Shown here piece by piece: positions 18,088-27,052 of a DNA stretch of 64,000 bases; position 1 is the first letter of the stretch; every line of letters begins with the position of its first letter. Source of the DNA: Synergistaceae bacterium (lineage in GTDB: Bacteria; Synergistota; Synergistia; Synergistales; Aminobacteriaceae). A program made the translations under genes and the position numbers. The notes under the pieces were generated by a model, which saw nothing but the letters and a program-made list of their open reading frames with translations, was not told the DNA's origin and ran no database searches. The stretch spans positions 31,024 through 95,023 of the forward strand of contig JAFRAH010000001.1 in assembly GCA_017405525.1 (NCBI GenBank), read 5' to 3'.

Positions 18088-19050
18088 ATGCGCAAAATTT
18101 TACTGGCACTCTTGGTTGTCGCTCTTATGGCATCATTCACGTATGCTGAAGAGAATTTCGAGAGCACTATACTCAACGTTGAGATCGTGAAACCCCAGGT
18201 AATGCTCTACGAGAATATCCCGTTCAACTCAGGCAAAGAACGCGGCTCCCAAATGTTCACCCTCGCGATGGACATTCTCCAGCCTGACAGCGAAAAGCCC
18301 CTGCCGTTAATCGTCTTCATTACGGGCGGCGGTTTCATCATGGCACCGAAGAACAACTGGATTCAGCAGAGGATGAGGCTTGCGGAGTCAGGCTACGTTG
18401 TGGCAAGCATAGAGTACCGTCATGCACCGCTCTCCAAGTTCCCGCTTCCTGTCGAGGACTGCAAGCTCGCTATTAGGTGGCTGCGCGCTCATGCCAAGCA
18501 GTACAACATTGACCCTGAGAGAATAGGTGTTCTCGGCAACAGTGCGGGCGGTTATCTTTCGGCGTTTATGGGTGTTCTCAATGACAACAGGGAGTTCGAC
18601 ACTGGTGATTTCCTGGAGTACTCGAGCAACATTCTCTGTGCGGCGGACATATTCGGCATCTCTGAGCTCATGAGCATAGGCGATGATTACCCTGAAGAGG
18701 AACGCAGGCTTCATGACTCGCCCGGCATAACTGAGGCAATGTGGGTTAAGGGAATACCCGGATTCAGCGGCCCGGACGGCGGAGTAAAAGACTTCCCGGA
18801 AGAGGCAAGGAAGGCCAGCCCGCTATACTATGTGAGCGAAAAGACAGTACCGATGCTGTTCATGCATGGCGATGCGGACAAGTCAGTATCACCGAGCCAG
18901 ACCGACAAGATGTATCAGGCACTGAGGAAGTTGGGCATTGAGGCAGAAAGGTACATAGTTCCCGGAGCTCCCCACGGTGGGCCGTACTGGATGCAGGAGC
19001 CGGTGCTGAAGATTATGGTTGACTTCTTCGACAAGTACCTCAAGAAATAG
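18088..19050 (+). CDS. secreted alpha/beta-hydrolase (esterase/lipase type)
   Basis: Signal peptide MRKILLALLVVALMASFTYA, oxyanion-type ITGGGF, nucleophile elbow GNSAGG and HGDAD. GGAGG SD before ATG 18088. Confidence 0.75.
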   Translation: MRKILLALLVVALMASFTYAEENFESTILNVEIVKPQVMLYENIPFNSGKERGSQMFTLAMDILQPDSEKPLPLIVFITGGGFIMAPKNNWIQQRMRLAESGYVVASIEYRHAPLSKFPLPVEDCKLAIRWLRAHAKQYNIDPERIGVLGNSAGGYLSAFMGVLNDNREFDTGDFLEYSSNILCAADIFGISELMSIGDDYPEEERRLHDSPGITEAMWVKGIPGFSGPDGGVKDFPEEARKASPLYYVSEKTVPMLFMHGDADKSVSPSQTDKMYQALRKLGIEAERYIVPGAPHGGPYWMQEPVLKIMVDFFDKYLKK

Positions 19051-19068
19051 CACCAAGATATGAAGTTC

Positions 19069-19104
19069 ATTCCCTCTGTGAAATACTGCAGGGGGAATTT
19101 TTTT
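19069..19104 (+). terminator. intrinsic terminator after the esterase gene
   Basis: 10-bp stem: ATTCCCTCTG (19069-78) pairs with CAGGGGGAAT (19089-98). The T-run continues to 19104. Confidence 0.6.
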
Positions 19105-20071
19105 ACGCCTGCTTTATCTCGCGCACAAGCCCCTCAAGGAGTGAGGTCATCCCCGCGTCATTCATACCCTCAACCTGCCGGAAAAGAACATAAAGTCTGT
19201 CCTTCTGTGAACGAGTCAACTTCTCCTCAATTCCGAGAATGTCAGCCCTAAGCCCCTTCATCCGTGAAATGTTGTCGGCAATGTTCCGCCGGGTCTCCTT
19301 CTTCGTCAAGGCAAGTGCCCTCAGTGATGCCCCCCTGACTATCAGGCCGCCGGTAATCTCAGCGTTCCCGAAAACCTCCCGCACCATCGGGATATTAGCG
19401 CAACCTCCAGTGAGAACGAAACGTGAAGGTTTCCATACCTTCATGAGCATGTTGACTGTGTGAGATGCCCGCCTGACCGGGAAACGTACAAGCCTCGTGA
19501 AGTCCTCGCGCTGAATGTCGAAGTTGTGCCACATTCTGGAAGTTTCCTCGCTGAGTATGTGCTTGAGCCTCCTAGCCTCGCGGATTAATGCCTCGTCAAT
19601 TTTCTTCAGCCCCCGAAGTTCGCAGAGGTATTCCGAAAAAGCCTTGTCGAACTCATTTCCGCAAACGTCCGGGATTATGTCGCTCTCCAAGACCTCGCCG
19701 CCCTCAAGTATAATCATCTCGCTCCTTGATGCCCCGAAGTCATAGACCAGAACCCTCGCATCATCGTCAAGCCCAAGCGCAATGGCCTCATGTGCCGGGA
19801 TTGTCTCAACTTCACGGAAGCCCGAAGATTTAGCCTGAGATACCAGAACGTCCTTCTGTCTCGCTGTAGTTCCCTCGTTCAGTGCAACCACACAGGAGAA
19901 TACGGGCTCATCAAAGAATATTTCAGCCTCCTCCCTGAGCTCCAAAGGGTCAAATCCCTCACACTGTGCAATAATCCTAGTGCTTAGGCTGTCGGAATAT
20001 GCGAGCTTTGAGGCAACACTCCCTGCATCAATTCCTACGCATACATTCGAGCCTTGTACCGGCAATGTCAA
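19103..20071 (-). CDS. Hsp70/actin-fold ATPase, nucleotide-binding domain only
   Basis: Phosphate-1 VGIDAGS, phosphate-2 VYDFGASRSEMIIL and adenosine motif VLTGGCANIPMV, which parallel DnaK GIDLGT / FDLGGGTFD / LVGGSTRMP. No substrate-binding domain. TTG start overlaps the mtaB end. Confidence 0.5.
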   Translation of the reverse strand: MTLPVQGSNVCVGIDAGSVASKLAYSDSLSTRIIAQCEGFDPLELREEAEIFFDEPVFSCVVALNEGTTARQKDVLVSQAKSSGFREVETIPAHEAIALGLDDDARVLVYDFGASRSEMIILEGGEVLESDIIPDVCGNEFDKAFSEYLCELRGLKKIDEALIREARRLKHILSEETSRMWHNFDIQREDFTRLVRFPVRRASHTVNMLMKVWKPSRFVLTGGCANIPMVREVFGNAEITGGLIVRGASLRALALTKKETRRNIADNISRMKGLRADILGIEEKLTRSQKDRLYVLFRQVEGMNDAGMTSLLEGLVREIKQA

Positions 20072-21332
20072 TCACCTCTGCTTTCACTGTCTCGTTATTG
20101 CCACCCTCACAGTGGGCCTCTATGTAGTGCCTCGTGTAGCCCCTTCCGTCCCGCTCTATGAGTATCTCGACTTCATGGCCGGTGAAGCCCCTCACGTAGT
20201 CAGCATAGAGCTTTCTTCCGAGAGAGATTGCCTCAGATGTCCGGGAAATCTTCACGTCATGAGGAATTTTTCCGGGGAGGCTTGCGGCGATTGTACCGGG
20301 ACGCTCCGAGTACGGGAAGACATGAACGCGCCCAAGACCTGCAAGCTCCATAACGTCAAGGGTATTCTGGAAGGCACTATCACTTTCACCGGGAAAGCCC
20401 ACGAGAATATCACTCGAAATGTGAAGGGAGGCATCAATTTTCCGCCGGGCATTCCTGCAGACGTTCACGAAATCATGGGCACTATATCCCCGCCTCATCG
20501 CCGAAAGAATTTCATCATCCCCGCTTTGAAGTGGCAGGTGCAAATGGTGGCAGAAGGCCGCACATTCAGCGAGTGCATCAAGAAGTTCATCGTTCAGGCA
20601 GAAAGGTTCAAGTGAGCCCAACCGTAAACGCTCAAGCCCGGAAATCCCTGATACTCTCCTGATGAGCCGGGCAAGTGATGTCCCGTTGTCATGGCCGTAA
20701 ACCCCCAAGTGAATACCCGTGAAGATTACTTCTTTCGTGCCGCCGTCAATGAGCCTGTGAATTTCGCTGATGATGCTATTTTCCGGCCTGCTTGCTGGTT
20801 TGCCTCTAAGGTAGGGAATAATGCAGTATGTGCAGAAGTGGTTGCATCCGTCCTGAATCTTCATGAATGCTCTCGTGTGCATCACAGGCTGTGTGAGTGG
20901 GAGCTCCTGCCATCCGTGAACGTCAAGCCTCCGAATATCCCGGAACTCCCGGCCATGTCCCAGCATCTCACTTACCGCCGAAGGTATGAGTGCACTGACT
21001 CCCCTTGTTCCGCCGAGAATGTCGATGCCCAAACTCTGAGCCATCCCGGAATCGAGAGACTGACCCCAGCACCCCGACACTGCAAGAACGCCGTCATCCC
21101 CCAGAATTTTGCGTGCCCTCCTGACCATCTGGCGGCACTTCCTGTCTGCCTCGCTGGTTACTGAGCAGGTTACGATTATTGCGGCGGTAATTCCGTCCTT
21201 GAGGTCTTCCGTGATGTCATGGCCGAGCTCCTTCAGTCTCCCGGCAATGTATTCACCCTCGCACAAACTCGAACGGCAGCCGAAAACGTGAACGCAAACT
21301 AGCCCCATGCCTTTATCGCCCTGCATCCCCAC
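20028..21332 (-). CDS. mtaB: radical-SAM methylthiotransferase, MtaB-like
   Basis: N-terminal MTTase domain (FGCRSS). Radical SAM CNHFCTYC. C-terminal TRAM-like part. Follows prmA as in the Bacillus dnaK operon. Start is uncertain (GTG 21332, ATG 21326 or ATG 21308). Confidence 0.8.
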   Translation of the reverse strand: MGMQGDKGMGLVCVHVFGCRSSLCEGEYIAGRLKELGHDITEDLKDGITAAIIVTCSVTSEADRKCRQMVRRARKILGDDGVLAVSGCWGQSLDSGMAQSLGIDILGGTRGVSALIPSAVSEMLGHGREFRDIRRLDVHGWQELPLTQPVMHTRAFMKIQDGCNHFCTYCIIPYLRGKPASRPENSIISEIHRLIDGGTKEVIFTGIHLGVYGHDNGTSLARLIRRVSGISGLERLRLGSLEPFCLNDELLDALAECAAFCHHLHLPLQSGDDEILSAMRRGYSAHDFVNVCRNARRKIDASLHISSDILVGFPGESDSAFQNTLDVMELAGLGRVHVFPYSERPGTIAASLPGKIPHDVKISRTSEAISLGRKLYADYVRGFTGHEVEILIERDGRGYTRHYIEAHCEGGNNETVKAEVIDIAGTRLECMRRN

Positions 21333-22222
21333 CAGTCGCCTATACGCATCTCACGCTCTATCATGAGACCCGACGCATTCATCACAGAGATGAACATGTA
21401 GCTCTCAATGTGCGTCATCCCTGAGAATATCGCGAAACCTTTGGGCTTAAGCACACGCTTAACGTCAGGGACAAGCGTTATGTTAGGGTTGAGTAGAATA
21501 TTCGCCGTGAGTATGTTGACCTGTCCCTTGAAACCTTTGAGGAGGTCGCCTTCAGACAGCTCACAGATTTTCGGGTTAATGCCGTTGAGGTTCATGTTAC
21601 GTTTTGCCTCGCTTAGTGTCGTCGGGTCAATGTCGCGTGCTATGGCCTGTCCTGCCCCAAGTTTCAGCGCAGTAATGAAGAGTATTCCCGTCCCTGTGCC
21701 AACGTCAAGGATAGTGTCGCCCGTCCTCACGATTTCCTCAAGGAGCGACAAGGCTATTTGCGTGCTCTCATGGTAACCTGTCCCGAACGCACTCGCCGGG
21801 TAAATATAGACTGGCATACGGTCTTCGGGGATCTCCTCCTTCTCGTGCCATGGTGCCATGACTATAAGACCCTTCCCAACAGGCAGCGGCGGGAATGCCT
21901 CATAATTCAGCGTCTCCCATTCCTGATTTTCGAGCCTGTAGCACCTCGTTATCTCTATGCCCTCAAAGTCAGGGTCATTCAGGATGAAGTCAAGCTCATA
22001 GACAACCTCATCAATTCCCTTTGAGCCCCTGTAGCTTGCCTTGAGGAAGAGCCTGTCGTTGCCGAAAAAATCCTTCTCGGTCGAAATCTCAGAGCCTATA
22101 GCGTCAGTTAGTGAGGCAATTGTGCTTAAACGTTCCTCATTGTATGGACGGTTGTATCTTGCCACTGAAACGCTGAGCTCAACAGTCCACCAGAAATTAT
22201 TGATTGCGTCGTTGTCCTGCAT
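21299..22222 (-). CDS. prmA: ribosomal protein L11 methyltransferase
   Basis: PrmA architecture with SAM motif ILDVGTGTGILFITALKLGA and an NIL motif. Confidence 0.85.
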   Translation of the reverse strand: MQDNDAINNFWWTVELSVSVARYNRPYNEERLSTIASLTDAIGSEISTEKDFFGNDRLFLKASYRGSKGIDEVVYELDFILNDPDFEGIEITRCYRLENQEWETLNYEAFPPLPVGKGLIVMAPWHEKEEIPEDRMPVYIYPASAFGTGYHESTQIALSLLEEIVRTGDTILDVGTGTGILFITALKLGAGQAIARDIDPTTLSEAKRNMNLNGINPKICELSEGDLLKGFKGQVNILTANILLNPNITLVPDVKRVLKPKGFAIFSGMTHIESYMFISVMNASGLMIEREMRIGDWWGCRAIKAWG

Positions 22223-22279
22223 GTGAAATTTTCCTTTAAGGGTAATGTTTGGCAGAAATTATATAACACGCCTGAAGGC

Positions 22280-22315
22280 AAAAAAAATCCCCCCTGCCTG
22301 AGACAAGCAAGGAGG
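22280..22315 (-). terminator. intrinsic terminator after the Sel1-repeat gene
   Basis: The minus-strand RNA reads CCUCCUUGC-loop-GCAGGGGGG followed by AU8. Two positions pair only as G-U on the minus strand, so the element is strand-specific. Confidence 0.6.
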
Positions 22316-22337
22316 AAAAATTTTTATCCCTTTCAGC

Positions 22338-23474
22338 CTACCAGGTAATGCCGAGTTCCTTCAAGGCATCCTGAGCGTCCGTGTTGCCTTTCTGGGCTGC
22401 TTCCCTCCAGAGCTTCACTGCCTCGTCATAATCCTGCTCGACTTCCTCGCCCCTCCTGTACATGAGCCCAAGGTTAGCCTGAGCCTGAGCCTCGCCCTGA
22501 TCTGCTGCCTTCCTGAACCACTGAGCCGCCGCAGTATAGTCCTTCTCCACGCCGTAGCCCTTGTAGTACATGTAGCCTAATGCCGACTGTGCCGGTGCAT
22601 ATCCCTGGTCTGCGGCCTTCCTGTACCATGCGACCGACTCGGTGTAGCTCCTCTTCACGCCGTAACCCATGCGGTACATGTAGCCCAGTGCTGTCTGTGC
22701 GGGGGAATATCCCTGATCTGCCGCCTTCTTGTACCACTTGTAGGCCTCTGCGTAGTCCTGCTTCCTTCCTTTGCCGTTGAAGTAGAGCTCGCCAAGATGA
22801 TACTGTCCCCAAGGATGACCCTGGTCTGCTGCTCTCTTGTACCACCTGTAAGATTCGGCATAACTGCGGTCAACACCATTGCCGGTCTCGTACATAAGTC
22901 CGAGGTTGCTCATGGCCTTAAGGTCTCCGTTGTCAGCGGCGGCTCTGTACCATCTTACTGCCTCTGCGTAGTCCTGCTTTACGCCCCTGCCGTAGTAGTA
23001 CATGTTGCCGAGACTGTTCTGGCTTCTTGCGTCTCCAAGCTCCGCGCCCCTCTTGTAGTAGTTCACGGCCTTGAAGTAATCTTGCTCAACTCCCCTGCCT
23101 TCCTCGTACATGAGGCCGAGGTTCCCCATTGCTACGGCGTTGTCCAGGTTTGCGGCTCTCTCGTAGTATTCTGCGGCTCTCCTGAAATTCACAGGCACGC
23201 CATGGCCGAACTCGTACATTATGCCCATGTTGTTCACTGCCGGGGAATAGTCCTGCTCTGCTGAAAGCCTGTACCACTTCATGGCCTCGCGGTAATTCTG
23301 CTTTACGCCGTTTCCGTCATGGTACATTCTGCCGAGTTCATATTGTGCCGCAGCATCACCCTTGCGTGCTTTCCGTGAAGTATCCCTGAAGTTTGCAGCA
23401 AATGCCGGGAGGGCAGACATAACGAGAACAACTACCACCAAAAACGCCGTAACTTTCCTGAAACCGTTACGCAT
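22338..23474 (-). CDS. secreted Sel1-like (SLR/TPR-type) repeat protein
   Basis: Signal peptide (VTAFLVVVVLVMSALPAFA). About nine 36-aa repeats of the form AQxxLGxMYxxGxGVxQDYxEAxKWYRKAAxQG. Confidence 0.85.
   Translation of the reverse strand: MRNGFRKVTAFLVVVVLVMSALPAFAANFRDTSRKARKGDAAAQYELGRMYHDGNGVKQNYREAMKWYRLSAEQDYSPAVNNMGIMYEFGHGVPVNFRRAAEYYERAANLDNAVAMGNLGLMYEEGRGVEQDYFKAVNYYKRGAELGDARSQNSLGNMYYYGRGVKQDYAEAVRWYRAAADNGDLKAMSNLGLMYETGNGVDRSYAESYRWYKRAADQGHPWGQYHLGELYFNGKGRKQDYAEAYKWYKKAADQGYSPAQTALGYMYRMGYGVKRSYTESVAWYRKAADQGYAPAQSALGYMYYKGYGVEKDYTAAAQWFRKAADQGEAQAQANLGLMYRRGEEVEQDYDEAVKLWREAAQKGNTDAQDALKELGITW
22352..23357 (-). repeat. tandem ~108-bp (36-codon) repeat array encoding the Sel1 units
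   Basis: The same period is visible at DNA level, for example recurring ...ctgatctgc(c/t)gccttc(c/t)tg(t/a)acca... blocks. It produces several long shadow ORFs in other frames. Confidence 0.6.
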
Positions 23475-23571
23475 AAACGAAACACCTCCGACTAAATTTT
23501 TGGGAATACTCGAAATTATATAACATTAAGGCCGTGTTATCATGGCGTGAATTACTATAAGGGGTGATTTC

Positions 23572-24726
23572 ATGAAAAGGTTAGCGGCTTTCTTCATTCT
23601 GATTTTTTCCTGCGGCTCTGCTTTTTCGGAGACAAGGGCAAGGTTTCTCTTCATCGGCGATATTATGGTTCATGACCAGCAATTAGACGCGGCAAAAAGA
23701 AAGGACGGCACTTATGACTTCAGCGCATCATTCAGGAGGGTCAGGCCATTGTTCCGAGATTCGTTCCTTGTCGGCAACCTTGAGACTGTTTTTGCCGGGA
23801 CAGGGAAAAAATTACGTTATGCCGGTTTTCCGTTCTTCAACACTCCCGATGTCTTCACGGAAAATCTGAGCCATGACCTGGGCGTTGACCTCCTCAGTCT
23901 CGCGAACAACCACATATTTGACCGCGGGCCATCAGGTGCAAGACGTACTGCCGAAATTCTGGACAGTGCCGACATTCCGTGGATTGGATTGGGTCTCGAT
24001 GATGTCCCCCCGAATGACGCAATAGCACTCGACAACAACGGAATACGTGCGGCGTTCATCAACCACACCTACGGGAGCAACGAATGGCCCAAATCCTCAG
24101 ACGTACACCTCAACGTCATATCATCAACCGACATTGCCGGGAGCATGGCACGCGCAAGAGCATTGAGCCCTGACGTGATTATTGCGCTCTTCCACTGGGG
24201 CAACGAGTATCACCATCAGCCCAACGTTCACCAGAAGAGAGCAGCAGATGTAGCGTTCAGTGAGGGGGCAAGCCTCATTGTCGGGACGCATCCGCATGTT
24301 CTACAGCCGGTTGAGGTGATTGTGTCGGGCGATGAAGTGAAGGCCGTAGCGTGGTCGTTGGGTAATTTCGTGTCGTTTCAGAGGACACTTCCCCGTGAAC
24401 GGAGCATGATACTTTCCGCTGAGTTCGTGAAGGATGACGAGGGAAGGACGAGGCTTGTAGCTTTGGGAGCTGTACCGCTGTATGTCGTTGCTCCCGGGAG
24501 CAAGAGGACTGAGGTAACTTACGCCGGAACTGACGAGGGGATTATTGAGGCTCTAGATTTTTCCGGCCTGAGCAAGCAACAGGTGAGCAATACCCGGAGT
24601 ATCGGCCATGCTGTGCTTGAGTTCCTGGGAGCTCAGAAGGCAGTTGATGAGTACGGGTTCAATGTCCTGTGGCGTGAAGAGAGCCCCGATGTTCTGCCCA
24701 AGCCCAAAAGGAAAACGCCGAGATAG
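23572..24726 (+). CDS. CapA-family (PGA_cap) metallophosphoesterase-like protein
   Basis: Signal peptide, GDIMVHDQQ, SLANNHIFDRG and HWGNEY motifs of the CapA/YwtB family. Confidence 0.75.
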   Translation: MKRLAAFFILIFSCGSAFSETRARFLFIGDIMVHDQQLDAAKRKDGTYDFSASFRRVRPLFRDSFLVGNLETVFAGTGKKLRYAGFPFFNTPDVFTENLSHDLGVDLLSLANNHIFDRGPSGARRTAEILDSADIPWIGLGLDDVPPNDAIALDNNGIRAAFINHTYGSNEWPKSSDVHLNVISSTDIAGSMARARALSPDVIIALFHWGNEYHHQPNVHQKRAADVAFSEGASLIVGTHPHVLQPVEVIVSGDEVKAVAWSLGNFVSFQRTLPRERSMILSAEFVKDDEGRTRLVALGAVPLYVVAPGSKRTEVTYAGTDEGIIEALDFSGLSKQQVSNTRSIGHAVLEFLGAQKAVDEYGFNVLWREESPDVLPKPKRKTPR

Positions 24727-24821
24727 TTGGGCTATAATTACAGCATTCCACGACAAAAAGAGGCTGATGAGAGATTAACGGTTCACATTACTTTGACGAG
24801 ATTACCGGCATCATTGAGACA

Positions 24822-25607
24822 TTGAGAGCACCGGGGGGCTGTCCTTGGGATCGCAAGCAGACACTAGAGACTCTCCGAACTCCCATAACTGAGGAAGCCT
24901 ACGAGCTGGCTGACGCAATCACCAAGCACGACATGGCCGCAATCCGTGAAGAGGCTGGGGACTTGCTCCTTCAGGTTGTGTTTGTGGCCTCGATAGCTCA
25001 GGAACTGGGGGCATTCGGCATGAAGGACGTTGTCCGGGGAATTTGCGACAAGCTCATACGCAGGCACCCCCACGTTTTCGGGGATGTTGAGGCGAAAGAC
25101 AGTGATGAAGTCCTCCGCAACTGGGAGCGCATAAAATCCGAGGAACGCCGCGAGAAACATGAAAGCACCTCCATACTTGCCGGGATACCTGACGGGCTGC
25201 CCCCGCTCCTCAAGGCTAATAGGATACAGGGGAAGGTCAAGCATGTCGGCTTTGACTGGCCTGCTGGTGATGATGCCCCCCTTTTCGCGAAACTCGACGA
25301 GGAGATACAGGAGCTCAAGGACGCATCACGCGGGAATGACCCTGAGCACACAGCCGAAGAACTGGGAGATGTCCTGTTCATGGTGGTGAACATTGCCCGA
25401 AGGCTCAACGTTGACCCTGATGCGGCGTTGAACATGGTCTGCGAGAAGTTCAGGAGACGCTTCCAGTTCATGGAGGAATGCGCAAGGAATGAGAGCAGGG
25501 AAATATCTGACTATACGCTTGAGGAACTGGACTCATTCTGGGACAAGGCCAAAGAAAGCATGAAGGGAGAGCATGAAGGGGACGAATTAAATTTAGCCCG
25601 CAAGTAA
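24822..25607 (+). CDS. mazG: nucleoside triphosphate pyrophosphohydrolase MazG
   Basis: GGCPWDRKQTLETLR, EEAYELADAI and a second EELGDVLF repeat (tandem MazG domains). The only canonical start is TTG 24822, but MazG-like sequence runs in frame from 24771, so the true start is uncertain. Confidence 0.8.
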   Translation: MRAPGGCPWDRKQTLETLRTPITEEAYELADAITKHDMAAIREEAGDLLLQVVFVASIAQELGAFGMKDVVRGICDKLIRRHPHVFGDVEAKDSDEVLRNWERIKSEERREKHESTSILAGIPDGLPPLLKANRIQGKVKHVGFDWPAGDDAPLFAKLDEEIQELKDASRGNDPEHTAEELGDVLFMVVNIARRLNVDPDAALNMVCEKFRRRFQFMEECARNESREISDYTLEELDSFWDKAKESMKGEHEGDELNLARK

Positions 25608-25654
25608 AGTATAATACACAGTAAATTCCACAAAACAAAAAGGAGAAAAATTTA

Positions 25655-27052
25655 ATGGCAGGAGAAAAGAGAGTAAGAATCACCGAAACCGGCCTCCGCG
25701 ATGCCCACCAGTCATTGATCGCTACAAGAATGAAGACTGATGACATGCTTCCCGTCCTTGAGTACATGGACGCGGCAGGTTACTGGGCACTTGAGATGTG
25801 GGGCGGTGCAACGTTCGACAGTGCTATGCGATTCCTCGATGAAGACCCCTGGGAACGTCTCAGGCTCATACGCGCGAGGGTCAAGAATGCCAAGCTCCAG
25901 ATGCTCCTTCGTGGGCAGAACTTGGTGGGCTACAGGCACTACGCAGATGATGTTGTCCGTGAGTTCGTCAAGAAGGCCGTCGGTAATGGCATCGACATAG
26001 TACGCTGCTTTGACGCACTGAATGACCTACGGAACGTCGAGATAGCCGCCGAACAGGTCAAGAAGGAGGGTGCACACCTTCAGCTCTGCATGAGCTACAC
26101 GCTTTCACCCGTACACACACTGGACTCATTCGCGGGGATGGCAAAGAGAATGCAGGACATGGGAGCAGACTCAATCGCCATAAAGGACATGGCCGGACTT
26201 ATCGGGCCTATGGACTGCGCAAAACTCGTTCACGCCATCAAGGAGAAGGTTGATATTCCGATAGAGCTTCACAGCCACTACACGACCGGACTTGCGAGCA
26301 TGGCCTATCTTTCGGGTATCGAGGCGGGGGCAGAGATAGTTGACACGGCAATATCACCGTTTGCACTCGGAACAAGCCAGCCTCCCACTGAGTCAATCGT
26401 TGCGGCACTTGCAGGCTCAGAGTATGACACAGGAATCGAGATCGACAAGCTCATGCCGATAACGATGCACTTCAAGAAGTTGCGCGAGAAGTACAAGGAC
26501 TTGCTGCCCGAAATCGCCGGAGTTGACATCAACATACTGCGCTACCAGATACCCGGCGGAATGTACTCGAACATGGTCAACCAGCTGCGCGAAATGGGAG
26601 CTCTCGACAAACTTGAGGCAGTGCTCAATGAAGTACCTGTTGTGCGCAAGGCAATGGGCTATCCTCCGCTCGTTACGCCGTCAAGCCAGATGGTAGGAAC
26701 TCAGGCAACCGTCAACGTATTACGTGGCCGCTGGAAGAGTTTCCCGAAGGAGATAAAACAGTACTTCTTAGGGTACTATGGCCAGCCCCCTGCACCGATG
26801 GATCCTGAAGTCCAGAAAATGGCAATCGGCAATGAAGAGCCCATAACCTGCCGCCCCGGTGAGAAGATACCGCCAGAGATGGAGCAGGCACGCAAGGACT
26901 GCCAGCCCTGGGCAACACAGCCTGAAGATGCCTTGACGTGGATTATGTTCCCGCAGGTCGCAAAGGACTTCCTCCCCAAGAAGTACGCGAAGGCCAACAA
27001 GAGGGACGTGGGGCTTCAGGAGCAGGCTGCCCCGGAGGCATACCCGGCATAA
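25655..27052 (+). CDS. carboxyltransferase subunit (oxaloacetate decarboxylase alpha / transcarboxylase 5S type), no biotinyl domain
   Basis: ITETGLRDAHQSL, TIM-barrel HMGL-like region and a conserved PYC_OADA-type C-terminal region. No AMKM biotinylation motif. AAGGAG SD. Confidence 0.8.
   Translation: MAGEKRVRITETGLRDAHQSLIATRMKTDDMLPVLEYMDAAGYWALEMWGGATFDSAMRFLDEDPWERLRLIRARVKNAKLQMLLRGQNLVGYRHYADDVVREFVKKAVGNGIDIVRCFDALNDLRNVEIAAEQVKKEGAHLQLCMSYTLSPVHTLDSFAGMAKRMQDMGADSIAIKDMAGLIGPMDCAKLVHAIKEKVDIPIELHSHYTTGLASMAYLSGIEAGAEIVDTAISPFALGTSQPPTESIVAALAGSEYDTGIEIDKLMPITMHFKKLREKYKDLLPEIAGVDINILRYQIPGGMYSNMVNQLREMGALDKLEAVLNEVPVVRKAMGYPPLVTPSSQMVGTQATVNVLRGRWKSFPKEIKQYFLGYYGQPPAPMDPEVQKMAIGNEEPITCRPGEKIPPEMEQARKDCQPWATQPEDALTWIMFPQVAKDFLPKKYAKANKRDVGLQEQAAPEAYPA

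Noticed and set aside
19980-21164. Long + strand ORFs (19980-20615, 20691-21164) inside mtaB
   Set aside because: They are antisense to a gene with clear radical-SAM motifs and have no SD or motifs of their own, so they are shadow ORFs.
22474-23277. Several 60-155-aa ORFs in alternative frames and strands of the Sel1 gene
   Set aside because: They are generated by the 108-bp periodic repeat. Only the Sel1 frame has a signal peptide and a coherent repeat consensus.
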